From positions 77 through 64,076 of the forward strand of contig CASEIV010000006.1 of the NCBI GenBank assembly GCA_949288175.1: DNA of 64,000 bases. The letters are read 5' to 3'. Below are positions 30,009-40,120 of the stretch, piece after piece (positions within the stretch are counted from its first letter, which is position 1; each line of letters starts with the position of its first letter). The position numbers and the translations under genes are program-made. Source of the stretch: an uncultured Eubacteriales bacterium. GTDB taxonomy: Bacteria; Bacillota; Clostridia; TANB77; CAG-508. The notes beneath the pieces are model-generated. The model had not been told where the DNA came from, searched no databases, and worked only from the letters and a program-made list of their open reading frames with translations.

Positions 30009-30875
30009 TTATTCATCAACCAATATTTTATTGGTTATCTCAGCAAAATCGTTTAATGTTAATTTTTCTGCTCTTACATTTTCATCTAACTGTAATTTTT
30101 TCAAAATTCTTAATCCTTCTTCTTTAGACATAAATACTTTTGTATTAGTTAATGCATTTAACAAAGTCTTTCTTCTTTGCATAAACGCACTTTTGATAAT
30201 CTTAAACATAACACCTCTGCTTTTTACTTCTACTGGTGGTTCTTTTCTTAATGTTAATTTGATTACTTTTGAAGTTACCTCTGGCTCTGGTATAAATGAA
30301 TCATTTGGTACTTCCATAATCCCTTCAGATGTTGCATAATAATATACAGAATAGGTAATTGCTCCAGTTTCCTTTTCTCCTGGAATTGCAATTAATCTAT
30401 CTGCTACTTCTTTTTGTATCATGACCGTGATACTTTCTAAATCTAATCTATCTTCTAATAATTTCATAATAATAGGTGTAGTTATATAATATGGTAAGTT
30501 TGCTACGATTTTAGCAGATTTAAAACCATTTTTTTCTTTTTCTTCTTTTATTATTTTATTTAATCTGATTTGTAATACATCTCCATGAATAACCTCAAAA
30601 TTTTCATATAGAGAAAATCTATCCGTTAATATTTTTATCATTTTTTTGTCAAGTTCAATGCAAATCACTTTTCTTGCTTTTTCTAACAATTCCTTTGTTA
30701 GCGTTCCCAATCCTGGTCCGATTTCAATGACTAAATCTTCCTTAGTAATATCACTACTTTCCACAATTTTATCCACTACATTTTGATTAATTAGAAAATT
30801 TTGTCCTAATGCTTTATTTGCTCGAATTTTATATTTTTTCATAATAAATTGGGTATCTTCTAAAATATCACTCAT
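30009..30875 (-). CDS. rsmA: 16S rRNA (adenine1518/1519-N6)-dimethyltransferase RsmA/KsgA. The start is reassigned to MSDILED.
   Basis: ALGQNFLINQNVVDKIV...EIGPGLGTLT motifs. Confidence 0.85.
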   Translation of the reverse strand: MSDILEDTQFIMKKYKIRANKALGQNFLINQNVVDKIVESSDITKEDLVIEIGPGLGTLTKELLEKARKVICIELDKKMIKILTDRFSLYENFEVIHGDVLQIRLNKIIKEEKEKNGFKSAKIVANLPYYITTPIIMKLLEDRLDLESITVMIQKEVADRLIAIPGEKETGAITYSVYYYATSEGIMEVPNDSFIPEPEVTSKVIKLTLRKEPPVEVKSRGVMFKIIKSAFMQRRKTLLNALTNTKVFMSKEEGLRILKKLQLDENVRAEKLTLNDFAEITNKILVDE

Positions 30876-30957
30876 CTTTTTATTTCCTTTCAATTTTTTA
30901 CAATACATATTATATGGTAAATCTCTATCTTTTTCAATCTTTTACATAAATTTCTTT

Positions 30958-31045
30958 GTTTAGGGCATTGGGTCTATTGGGGCTTGGTCCTAATGGACTC
31001 AAACGGGCACCCTAAACAGACTAGGTCCTAATAGACCTTTTTGTA
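30958..31045. repeat. Family 2 intergenic repeat (TAGGGCATTGGGTCTATTGGGG...GGTCCTAATGGACTCAAACGGGCACCCTAAACAGACTAGGTCCTAATAGACC)
   Basis: The reverse complement aligns with 13575..13612 (GGTCYRTTRGGACCTAGTCYGTTTRGGG). Confidence 0.5.
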
Positions 31046-31125
31046 AAATTTCTGTGTCTTTGTTGCTTTTTATCTGTTTTTAAGATACAATAAAATTGCA
31101 AATTTTTAACAAAAGAGGCGAAGCT

Positions 31126-33645
31126 ATGGATACAAATAAAAAAAATAAGACAAATAAGAAAAATAAAAAGAATAAGAACGATAGACAATACAAAAATATT
31201 TATATCGGTGTATCAACAAAAAATGATATAAAAAGCGGTAAAAACATGATAAAAAACAAAAAACATAAAGATAAAAATACAACAAATATCGAAAAAAATA
31301 AAAATATAGTTAAAAGTAATAACGAAAAAAACAAAAGTATGACCATCATCAAAAATGAAAAAGAAAAAAGTATGACCAAAATAAAAAAAGAAAAAGATTC
31401 AAATGTCATTAGTTTAAACCGTAAATTTGATTCTAAAAATCTGATTTATACACCAAAATTACGTAATACATTTATTGTCATTATTATCATTTTTATTTTA
31501 CTTTTGGGGAGAATTGGCTATTTACAATTTGTGGATGGTGCTTATTTAACAGAAATGGCTTATCAACAACAAGCCATTAACCAAATTCTTAGTCCTAAAA
31601 GAGGAAATATTTATGACTCTACTGGAAAGGCTCTAGCCATTAGTGCCCAAGTAGATACGATAACCATTAATCCTACTAGAATTGTTGGTGATACTGATGA
31701 AGAAACCAAAACTTTAAAAGAAACAGTTGCTAAAGGTCTTTCTGATATATTCGCATTAGATTACAATGAAACTTTAGAAAAAGTAAATAGCAACTCACAG
31801 GTAGAAACCATTATCAAAAAAGTAGAACAAGACAAAGTAGATGAATTAGAAACTTGGATGGATGAAAATGATATATCTGTGGGAATCAACATAGATGAAG
31901 ATACGAAGCGATATTATCCTTATGGTGAACTTGCTTCTAGTGTCATTGGTTTTTGTGGAAATGACAATCAAGGATTAAGTGGAATTGAATCTAAATGGGA
32001 TTCTGTTTTAACTGGTACTCCTGGAAAAATTGTTAGTTCACAAGATAGTAGTCAAAAGGAAATTCCAAACGCGGAAGAAACCTATATATCTGCTGAAAAT
32101 GGCAGTGATATTGCTTTGACAATTGATTTAAATATTCAATCTACTATTGAAAAATACTTAGAACAAGCTGTTGAAAAATATGAATGTGAAGATGGCGGAA
32201 ATGTTATTGTCATGAACCCACAAACTGGTGATATATTAGGAATGGCTTGTTATCCAGACTATGACTTAAATTCACCTTATACACCAAATTCCACATTAGC
32301 AAAAACATATGATTCTTTATCTACTGAAGAAAAAAATGAAGCTTTATACAAGATGTGGTCTAATAAATCTGTTTCAGAGAGTTACGAACCTGGTTCTACC
32401 TTTAAAATCATCACTGCTAGTGTTGCTTTAGAAGAAGGTATTACAACACCAAATAAGGCAGGAGATTTCTACTGTTCAGGCTCTCAAATTGTTGAAGACA
32501 GAGAAATCAAATGTTGGAGACATTATAATCCTCATGGCTCTCAAACCTTGACAAATGCTTTAGAAAATTCATGCAACCCTGCTTTTATCCAATTAGCACA
32601 AAGAATTGGGGCTTCTACTTTATATAAATATTACCAAGCTTTTGGATTATTTGAATCAACAAATTCTGGATTATATGGAGAACAAACCAGTATTTTCCAT
32701 GATTTAGATGAAGTTGGACCTGTTGAACTTGCAACATATGCATTTGGTCAAAGATTCCAAGTAACACCACTTCAAATGATAACCGCTATTTCTTGTGTTG
32801 CAAATGATGGTGTTTTGATGAAGCCAAACATTATTAAATCTATTACCAATACAGATACTGGTGCTATTACTGAAACTCAACCTACAGAAGTAAGACAAGT
32901 CTTATCTCAAAAAACAGCTTCAGAAGTAAAATCTATGATGGAATCTGTTGTATTAGAAGGAACTGGTAAAAATGTTCAAGTTTCTGGATATTCTATTGGA
33001 GGAAAATCTGGAACATCTGAACCTACAGAAGCAAATGTAGATGACGGATATGTTTCATCATTTGTTGCTATCTCTCCTATTGAAGATACACAAGTTGTCA
33101 TCTTACTTACTTTATATGATCCTCAAAACAAACAATATGGATATCAAGGTGGTTCTGTTGCCGCTCCTGTTGTCTCACAAATGTTATCTGAAATATTACC
33201 ATATTTAGGTGTTCCTTCTGATACAACAGAAGAAGATAATAGTTCTGAAAACTTGATTACTGTTCCTGATGTTAGAAATAAAACACTTACTGAAGCAAAA
33301 AAAGTGCTTACCGATGCTGGATTTGATTGTGAAATTGTTTCTTCTGGTGATGCAAATTCAACATTAGTTGCAGACCAAAATCCAAAACCAGGTGCTAAGT
33401 TAGCTGCTAATTCTATTATCATGTTATATGGCGAAGGTGATACAGTTGCTACCTCTGTTGAAGTTCCTGATTTATCTAATATGAATTTATCACAGGCAAC
33501 TAATGCTTTAAAAGCCAAAAACTTAAATATTAGTGTTACTGGCTCAGGAATTGTAACAACTCAAGACTATACAGCAGGTGAACTTGTCCAAGAAGGAACC
33601 ATTATTAGCGTAAACTTAAAACCAACTTTAACAGATGCTCATTAA
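31126..33645 (+). CDS. Penicillin-binding transpeptidase (PBP2B/SpoVD class) with two C-terminal PASTA domains and an about 120-aa Lys/Asn-rich N-terminal cytoplasmic extension
   Basis: Start at MDTNKK (AAAGAGG RBS). TM segment IIIIFILLLGRIGY. Transpeptidase motifs (STFK-like SGSTFKI, SxN, KSGT). PASTA repeats near the C-terminus. It is a paralogue of 51795..53786. Confidence 0.8.
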   Translation: MDTNKKNKTNKKNKKNKNDRQYKNIYIGVSTKNDIKSGKNMIKNKKHKDKNTTNIEKNKNIVKSNNEKNKSMTIIKNEKEKSMTKIKKEKDSNVISLNRKFDSKNLIYTPKLRNTFIVIIIIFILLLGRIGYLQFVDGAYLTEMAYQQQAINQILSPKRGNIYDSTGKALAISAQVDTITINPTRIVGDTDEETKTLKETVAKGLSDIFALDYNETLEKVNSNSQVETIIKKVEQDKVDELETWMDENDISVGINIDEDTKRYYPYGELASSVIGFCGNDNQGLSGIESKWDSVLTGTPGKIVSSQDSSQKEIPNAEETYISAENGSDIALTIDLNIQSTIEKYLEQAVEKYECEDGGNVIVMNPQTGDILGMACYPDYDLNSPYTPNSTLAKTYDSLSTEEKNEALYKMWSNKSVSESYEPGSTFKIITASVALEEGITTPNKAGDFYCSGSQIVEDREIKCWRHYNPHGSQTLTNALENSCNPAFIQLAQRIGASTLYKYYQAFGLFESTNSGLYGEQTSIFHDLDEVGPVELATYAFGQRFQVTPLQMITAISCVANDGVLMKPNIIKSITNTDTGAITETQPTEVRQVLSQKTASEVKSMMESVVLEGTGKNVQVSGYSIGGKSGTSEPTEANVDDGYVSSFVAISPIEDTQVVILLTLYDPQNKQYGYQGGSVAAPVVSQMLSEILPYLGVPSDTTEEDNSSENLITVPDVRNKTLTEAKKVLTDAGFDCEIVSSGDANSTLVADQNPKPGAKLAANSIIMLYGEGDTVATSVEVPDLSNMNLSQATNALKAKNLNISVTGSGIVTTQDYTAGELVQEGTIISVNLKPTLTDAH

Positions 33646-33654
33646 TATATGCAA

Positions 33655-33705
33655 AAACGTGCGTAAGCAAAATCAAAGATTTTGGCGCACGTTTTTTTAT
33701 TCCAT
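33655..33705. terminator. Bidirectional terminator (aaaacgtgcg...cgcacgttttttt)
   Basis: 10-bp GC-rich stem with a T run. It lies between the convergent PBP and Rpn-like genes. Confidence 0.5.
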
Positions 33706-34332
33706 TACCTCCTCCCTCCAATACTTTTCAAGTAGCTGATCTAATTTTTTAATCTTTTCACTTTTCTTGATAGCATCCTCTATATTTTCTCCTTTAAAAT
33801 AACTTATCCATGCTTGTTTCAATGTCATGTCTTTACTGTTTTCAATTTTAAATTTTGGTAATTGTAAAATATGAATTTCTGGATAATCATTGATAATGTT
33901 TGTCATGTTTTCTTCTTTCACTACCATTTTACTATGATAATCTAATTCTTTATTTAATACAAAATCTAATATATTAATCGTATTTGTTTTTACACATTCT
34001 CTATATTCATCATATTCTAATTGATTTGCATGAATTTGTACATAATACAATAGCATCTTTATTAAAACATGGTCTCCATCAATAATTTGTATACCTACAT
34101 TTCGCTCTTCATTCTCAGTTGTTTTGATTCTTAAATCTGCAATACCAAAATTTTCTTCAGCTGGTAAATGTTCTTTCATTTTTTCTAAGTATGGATTAAT
34201 TTTTGCTTCTTTTATTTCTAAATTTAGCATCACCTCTATAAATTCTTTCAATATATCTACATTTTCTTCTGTATTTAAAACTCTCCTTAGTACAAAATTA
34301 CTTTTTGACACAAATTTTCGATTCATATACAT
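33697..34332 (-). CDS. Rpn-family / PD-(D/E)XK nuclease-family putative transposase-like protein (short, 211 aa)
   Basis: The N-terminal pattern FVLRRVLNTEENVDILKEFIEVMLNLEIKE...GIADLRIK...VGIQIID resembles the YhgA/Rpn (TIGR01784) family signature (...D..v......iniEmQ). Confidence 0.4.
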   Translation of the reverse strand: MYMNRKFVSKSNFVLRRVLNTEENVDILKEFIEVMLNLEIKEAKINPYLEKMKEHLPAEENFGIADLRIKTTENEERNVGIQIIDGDHVLIKMLLYYVQIHANQLEYDEYRECVKTNTINILDFVLNKELDYHSKMVVKEENMTNIINDYPEIHILQLPKFKIENSKDMTLKQAWISYFKGENIEDAIKKSEKIKKLDQLLEKYWREEVME

Positions 34333-34638
34333 AATTTTAGTGCACTAAAATTAACCTCCTTTTCATATTTCTTTCGAAATTCGGGATTTTTGATTAATAT
34401 TTTTATGACCAATGATGGATTTTTATTGGATAAAAATTCAAACTTAATAAAATATAAGTAAAATTGATAATTGATAATTCATAAATTAACTGATAAATAG
34501 AAATTTCTATTGAATAAAAATTATATAATTTCTTCCAGTATACTGACAAAAAAAGAACTTGTCAACAAGTTCTTTCTATATTTTTTTACTTTTCATCGCA
34601 AAATTCGACAAATATCGTATTTCCTTATCACCTTACAG

Positions 34639-35499
34639 TTAAGGATAAGCTTTTTCTAGTTTTTCAACCACTTTTTTTATGCTTTCTTTTGGTGTTGAAG
34701 CTCCTGCCATAATCCCAACTCTATCGGTTGATTGAATTTTGCCAAACACTAATTCTGTTTCATTTTCTATTAATAAAACTGTTTTACAATATTGTTTTGC
34801 AATTTCATATAGTTTTTTAGTATTTGAACTACTTTTTCCTCCAATAACAATCATAGAATCTACTTTTTTGGCCATCTCCTCTGTTTCTTTTTGTCTGATT
34901 TCTGTTGCTTGGCATATGGTATTTTTTATAACTAATTCTATATCTCTTTGTATTTCATTTTTTATAATTTCTTCTATGATATAAAATTTTTCTAAACTAT
35001 ATGTCGTTTGTGAAATGACTAATAATTTTTTTATTTCTGACTTCTCAAGTGCTTCTAAAGCTTTTATTGTATAATCTTCTTTTTCTATAACAAATTTGTT
35101 TTCTCCACAATAACTTAGTGTTCCTATAATTTCTGGATGCTTTTTATTTCCTAAAAGGAAGATATAATATCCTTTATTGGCATATTCTTCTGCAATCTGA
35201 TGAATTTTCAATACCTTTGGACAAGTATAGTCCACTAATTCAATCTGTTTTTCTTTTGCTTTTTCATAAATCTCTTTTTGTATTCCATGTGCACGAATAA
35301 TTGTCTCTCCTTTAGCCTCTTCAATATTTTCAATAAATTGCATTCCCAAATTCTCTAATTCTTTAATTACTTCTAGATTATGCACAATTTCTCCTAAACC
35401 ATATATTGTTTCATCTTTCTTTAGTTCTTCCTTTGCACCGTCTACTGCTCTTTTTACACCATAACAAAATCCAGCTGTCTTTCCCACTATTAATTCCAT
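34639..35499 (-). CDS. ispH: 4-hydroxy-3-methylbut-2-enyl diphosphate reductase
   Basis: MELIVGKTAGFCYGVKRAV... and conserved Cys/His pattern. 286 aa. Confidence 0.85.
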   Translation of the reverse strand: MELIVGKTAGFCYGVKRAVDGAKEELKKDETIYGLGEIVHNLEVIKELENLGMQFIENIEEAKGETIIRAHGIQKEIYEKAKEKQIELVDYTCPKVLKIHQIAEEYANKGYYIFLLGNKKHPEIIGTLSYCGENKFVIEKEDYTIKALEALEKSEIKKLLVISQTTYSLEKFYIIEEIIKNEIQRDIELVIKNTICQATEIRQKETEEMAKKVDSMIVIGGKSSSNTKKLYEIAKQYCKTVLLIENETELVFGKIQSTDRVGIMAGASTPKESIKKVVEKLEKAYP

Positions 35500-35604
35500 A
35501 TTCTCTTTCTCTCCATTCTACGATATCTAGTTTATTGTATAGAAAAAATCGACTTTTATTTTAGCTTTATATAGATTTTTTCGTATGCAACAAGGTTAGT
35601 CCTC

Positions 35605-36660
35605 TTATTTTACCATCTCTAAAATTTCTTGTTTTAGCACTTCTACAATTTTTTCTTGTGGCACTTTTTTTATAATTTCACCTTTTTTAAATAATAGTCC
35701 TTCTTTTACACCACCTGCTATTCCAATATCTGATTCTCTTGCTTCTCCTGGTCCATTGACTGCACATCCCATGACAGCAACTGTAATATCTGATTCTATC
35801 GTACTTAAAAAATCCTCTACTTCTTTCGCTATTGGAATTAAATCAATCTGTGTTCTTCCACAAGTAGGACAAGCCACTAATGTTGGTACTTTATGATATA
35901 AATTACAATCTTTTAATATTTCTTTAGCTACTTTAATTTCTTTTACTGGGTCATCTGAAAGAGAAACTCTCATAGTATCTCCTATTCCATTTCTTAACAT
36001 ATAACCTAACCCAATACTAGATTTTACTGTTCCACTAAATTCTGTTCCACTTTCTGTAATTCCCAAATGTAATGGACAATCAAAAGATTTTGCTGCTTCT
36101 TCATAACTTTCTATACATAAATCTAAGTTAGAAGCTTTTAAAGAAATTAAATACTCTTTAAAATCTAATTTTTCTAATATTACTATATGTCTTCTTGCAC
36201 TTTCTACCATTGCCTTTGCTGTTGGCTTTCCATATTTCTCTAACAAATCTTTTTCTAGAGAGCCTGCATTTACACCAATTCTAATAGGAATATGCTGTTC
36301 CTTACATTGGTCTACAACAGCTTTTACTTTATCTTCACTTCCAATATTTCCTGGATTAATTCTAACTTTGTCAACACCAGCTTTTATCGCCTCTAGTGCA
36401 ATCTTATAATCAAAATGTATATCTGCAACAATTGGAATATGAATTTGTTTTTTAATCTCTTTTATAGCTTTCGCATCTTCCATATCTAATGCTGCAACTC
36501 TAATAATTTCACATCCTGCTTTTTCCAAATCTAATATTTGCTTTACAGTTGCATCTACATCTTTTGTTTTTGTATTACACATAGATTGAATAACCACTTT
36601 ATTCTGTCCACCTATTTGTACATTTCCTACCATAACTTTTTTTGTTTTTGTTCTATCCAT
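35605..36660 (-). CDS. ispG: 4-hydroxy-3-methylbut-2-en-1-yl diphosphate synthase (flavodoxin)
   Basis: [19 protein letters not shown]...RVA... and CPTCGR cluster motif. Confidence 0.85.
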   Translation of the reverse strand: MDRTKTKKVMVGNVQIGGQNKVVIQSMCNTKTKDVDATVKQILDLEKAGCEIIRVAALDMEDAKAIKEIKKQIHIPIVADIHFDYKIALEAIKAGVDKVRINPGNIGSEDKVKAVVDQCKEQHIPIRIGVNAGSLEKDLLEKYGKPTAKAMVESARRHIVILEKLDFKEYLISLKASNLDLCIESYEEAAKSFDCPLHLGITESGTEFSGTVKSSIGLGYMLRNGIGDTMRVSLSDDPVKEIKVAKEILKDCNLYHKVPTLVACPTCGRTQIDLIPIAKEVEDFLSTIESDITVAVMGCAVNGPGEARESDIGIAGGVKEGLLFKKGEIIKKVPQEKIVEVLKQEILEMVK

Positions 36661-36676
36661 TTTCTATTCCTTCCTT

Positions 36677-36751
36677 TTGTCGCATTAGGTTCGTTTGTCT
36701 ATGCGACATTTTCTTGTTTTTGTCGCATTGGGATCGTTTGTCTATGCGACA
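36677..36751. repeat. REP-like family 1 locus F (two units) between the ispG start and the response-regulator stop
   Basis: TGTCGCATTAGGTTCGTTTGTCTATGCGACATT and TGTCGCATTGGGATCGTTTGTCTATGCGACATT. Confidence 0.7.
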
Positions 36752-36809
36752 TTTTCTTTTGAGCCCAAAAAGGAAAACATGGATATTTCCAAGTTTTCCT
36801 TAAATTTCT

Positions 36810-37544
36810 TTATTTTGAAGCTATATAATATCCGACTCCTCTTTTGGTTATTAATATTTTTGGTGATGATGTATCTTTTTCAATTTTTTCTCTAATTCTT
36901 CTTACAGTTACATCTACTGTTCTAATGTCTCCATAATATTCATATCCCCAAACTTTTTCTAATAATGTTTCTCTTGTAATCACTTGTCCTGGTTGTGATG
37001 CTAAAAATTTAATAACCTCAAATTCTCTTACTGTTAAATCTATTATTTCTCCTCTAATTTTTACTTCAAATTTATCTAAGTCTAGCTCTAAGTCATTAAC
37101 AATAATCTTATTTTCTTTCTTTTTCGAATTATCATTATCCATTCTAGCTACTGCAAGATTTTCTACTTTTCTTAAATTTGCTTTTACTCTTGCAATTAAT
37201 TCTCTAACACTAAATGGTTTTGTGATATAGTCATCTGCACCTAATTCTAGTCCTAATATTTTATCAATTTCACTATCTTTTGCTGTTAACATTAAGATTG
37301 GTACATTATATGAATTTTTGATTCTTTTACATACAGATAATCCGTCCATTTTTGGAAGCATAATATCTAGTAAGATTAAGTCTGGGTATTGCTCTAAAGC
37401 AATATTTAGTGCTGTTACTCCATCACTTGCTTCAATGACATTATATCCTTCTTTTTTTAAATTATATACTAATATTTCTCTTATCGGTTGTTCATCATCA
37501 ACAATTAAAATTGTTTTTTGTTCTCTATCTATTTCTTCTTCCAC
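36810..37544 (-). CDS. OmpR-family response regulator (WalR/PhoP-like). There is no adjacent kinase.
   Basis: Receiver domain (LIVDDE...D...K) plus a winged-helix C-terminus ...RGVGY. Confidence 0.85.
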   Translation of the reverse strand: MEEEIDREQKTILIVDDEQPIREILVYNLKKEGYNVIEASDGVTALNIALEQYPDLILLDIMLPKMDGLSVCKRIKNSYNVPILMLTAKDSEIDKILGLELGADDYITKPFSVRELIARVKANLRKVENLAVARMDNDNSKKKENKIIVNDLELDLDKFEVKIRGEIIDLTVREFEVIKFLASQPGQVITRETLLEKVWGYEYYGDIRTVDVTVRRIREKIEKDTSSPKILITKRGVGYYIASK

Positions 37545-37654
37545 AAAAACTCCGCCTTTCTTCCTTAGCTTAATTTTTATACTATATTTATATCATAATT
37601 ATTTTCATTATACAAGTAATTTGTTAAAAATTCTTTGTTGGAGACATGCCAAAT

Positions 37655-37790
37655 CATTCCGAAAGTTGCCAAAGGGGACGTGCCTTTTTGGCAACTTTTC
37701 CGAAAAAATATTTTGAAATGAAAAACAAACTTTATTTAAAAAGTTGCCAAAAAGGCACGTCCCCAACGTTTCGCTTGTCCTTTTAGTCAA
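37655..37790. repeat. Large inverted repeat in the divergent RR/porC promoter region. Arms AAAGTTGCCAAAGGGGACGTGCCTTTTTGGCAAC / GTTGCCAAAAAGGCACGTCCCC.
   Basis: About 22-bp perfect inverted arms separated by about 45 nt. The loop motif GGGGACG is shared with the family 3 hairpins. Confidence 0.55.
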
Positions 37791-37862
37791 ATCTATTGAC
37801 ATTAAGAGTATTTAGGCATATACTAAAGTCGTAAAATTTTAATAAAAAGGAGGCAATTAAGA

Positions 37863-38444
37863 ATGGATAACATGATAGAAATTAGATGGCATGGTAGAGG
37901 TGGACAAGGTGCCAAAACAGCTTCTTTATTATTAGCTGATGCAGCTTTTAATACTGGCAAGTATATTCAAGGATTTCCTGAATATGGTCCTGAAAGAATG
38001 GGTGCCCCTATCACTGCATACAACAGAATTAGTGAAACACCTATCACAATTCATAGTAATATTTATGAACCTGATTATGTGGTAGTTGTCGATGACACGC
38101 TTTTAGAATCAGTTGATGTGACTTCTGGTTTAAAAGAAACAGGAGCTATTGTTATTAATACAACAAAATCCGCTGAATATCTAAAAAAAGCGTTAAAAGG
38201 ATATTCTGGTGAAATTTACACAATTGACGCTAGAAAAATTTCAGAGGAAGCTTTAGGAAAATATTTTCCAAACACCCCTATGTTAGCAGCAATTGTAAAA
38301 GTAAGTAAAATTATGACTGATGATGAATTATTAGAAGATATGAAAGGTTCTTTTAAACATAAATTTGCTAAAAAGCCTGAGGTTATAGACGGAAATATGA
38401 AGGCTTTAGAAATGGCTTTAAAGGAAGTTAAGAAAATTCAATAA
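37863..38444 (+). CDS. porC: Pyruvate/2-oxoacid:ferredoxin oxidoreductase gamma subunit
   Basis: IRWHGRGGQGAKTAS... signature. Confidence 0.85.
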   Translation: MDNMIEIRWHGRGGQGAKTASLLLADAAFNTGKYIQGFPEYGPERMGAPITAYNRISETPITIHSNIYEPDYVVVVDDTLLESVDVTSGLKETGAIVINTTKSAEYLKKALKGYSGEIYTIDARKISEEALGKYFPNTPMLAAIVKVSKIMTDDELLEDMKGSFKHKFAKKPEVIDGNMKALEMALKEVKKIQ

Positions 38445-38610
38445 TAATAAAACAATTACTAGATTACGATAGATTGGAAAAGAATTAAATTTTAGCACGA
38501 AAAAATTGATTTTAAAGACAAGGGCGCATACTTTTTGTATGTAACCGCGTTTAAAATGAATTTTGACAAAGCTAAAATTGTAATTATTTTTCAATCAATT
38601 TAAGAAAGGA

Positions 38611-38925
38611 ATGATGTTAAAAATGACAGATATAAATGCAAACACACCTATGGAGAAATTAACTCCTGGTGGAGATATTTATACTGCTGGAAATGCAAGA
38701 GATTTTAAGACAGGCGACTGGAGAAGTTCTTACCCTGTATTTTTATCTGATAAATGTAAACAATGTGGTTTATGCTTCCCAGTTTGCCCAGAAGATGCCA
38801 TTCCAGTAGGAAAAGAAGATTTAAAAAGAAAAGATTTCAATTATGATTACTGCAAAGGTTGTGGTGTATGTGCCAAAGTATGCCCTTTCGGTGCTATTGA
38901 AATGAGAGAGGAAGGTGTTGAATAA
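38611..38925 (+). CDS. porD: POR delta subunit (2x[4Fe-4S] ferredoxin-like)
   Basis: CKQCGLCFPVCP and CKGCGVCAKVCP motifs. Confidence 0.8.
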   Translation: MMLKMTDINANTPMEKLTPGGDIYTAGNARDFKTGDWRSSYPVFLSDKCKQCGLCFPVCPEDAIPVGKEDLKRKDFNYDYCKGCGVCAKVCPFGAIEMREEGVE

Positions 38926-38926
38926 T

Positions 38927-40120
38927 ATGAGTATTAGAGAAAGATTAAGTGGTAATGAAGCAGCAGCAACTGCTATGAAACAAATTAATCCAGATGTTGT
39001 CGCAGCCTTCCCTATTACACCTTCAACAGAAATTCCACAATACTTTTCAACTTTTGTTGATAATGGTCTTGTGGATACAGAATTTGTTGCTGTTGAAAGT
39101 GAACATAGTGCTATGAGTGCTTGTATTGGTGCAGAAGCTGCTGGAGCAAGAGCTATGACAGCTACATCTGCCAATGGATTATCTTTAATGTGGGAAATGA
39201 TCTATATCGCTTCTAGTTTACGTTTACCTATTGTTATGTCTTTAGTAAACAGAGCTGTATCAGGGCCTTTAAACATTCATAATGACCATTCAGATGCTAT
39301 GGGTGTTAGAGATGCTGGTTGGATTATGTTATTTTCAGAAAACAACCAAGAAGCTTATGATAACCTTTTAATGGCACATAAAATTGCAGAAAATAAAAAT
39401 GTTATGCTTCCATTAATGGTATGTCAAGATGGATTTATTACTTCTCATTCTATTGAAAATATAGAATTGGTTGAAGATGATAAAGTAAAAGAATTTGTTG
39501 GAACATATAAACCAGAACATTATTTATTAAATAAAAATGAACCAATTGCTGTTGGTCCATTAGATTTACAAGCTTATCTATTTGAACATAAGGCACAACA
39601 AGCAGAAGCTATGAAGAATGCAAAACAAGTGATTTTAGATGTAGCAAAAGATTTCGAAAAAATGACTGGTAGAAAATATAGTCTTTTTGAAGAATATAAA
39701 TTAGATGATGCAGAAATTGCGATTGTTTGTATGAACTCAACAGCTGGTACAACCAAATTTGTTGTTGACAAATTAAGAGAACAAGGTGTAAAAGCAGGTT
39801 TATTAAAACTTCGTGTATTTAGACCATTCCCTGTTGAAGAAATCGCAAAAGCATTATCACATCTAAAAGCCATTGCTGTATTAGATAAAGCAGATTCTTT
39901 AAATGCTGCTGGTGGTGCTTTGTTTGAAGATGTTACATCTGCTATGTATGTAAACAACATTCATGTACCTGCAGTTAACTATGTATATGGTATTGGTGGT
40001 AGAGATACAAAAGCTGATGACATCGAAAGTGTATATACAGATTTATCAGAAATCGTAAAAACTGGAAAAATAGATAATCCTTATCGTTATTTAGGATTAA
40101 GAAAGGAAGGTGACAAATAA
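38927..40120 (+). CDS. porA: POR alpha subunit
   Basis: MSIRERLSGNEAAATA... RBS GGAAGGTG. The track ORF starts 12 nt earlier at GTG. Confidence 0.85.
   Translation: MSIRERLSGNEAAATAMKQINPDVVAAFPITPSTEIPQYFSTFVDNGLVDTEFVAVESEHSAMSACIGAEAAGARAMTATSANGLSLMWEMIYIASSLRLPIVMSLVNRAVSGPLNIHNDHSDAMGVRDAGWIMLFSENNQEAYDNLLMAHKIAENKNVMLPLMVCQDGFITSHSIENIELVEDDKVKEFVGTYKPEHYLLNKNEPIAVGPLDLQAYLFEHKAQQAEAMKNAKQVILDVAKDFEKMTGRKYSLFEEYKLDDAEIAIVCMNSTAGTTKFVVDKLREQGVKAGLLKLRVFRPFPVEEIAKALSHLKAIAVLDKADSLNAAGGALFEDVTSAMYVNNIHVPAVNYVYGIGGRDTKADDIESVYTDLSEIVKTGKIDNPYRYLGLRKEGDK

Noticed and set aside
38915-38926. Track start of porA at GTG 38915 (MLNNMSIRE) and of yaaT at GTG 43180, thiN at GTG 41708
   Set aside because: The ORF caller accepts GTG/TTG and reports the outermost start. 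RBS positions support ATG 38927 (porA) and TTG 43165 (yaaT). thiN continues upstream in another frame.
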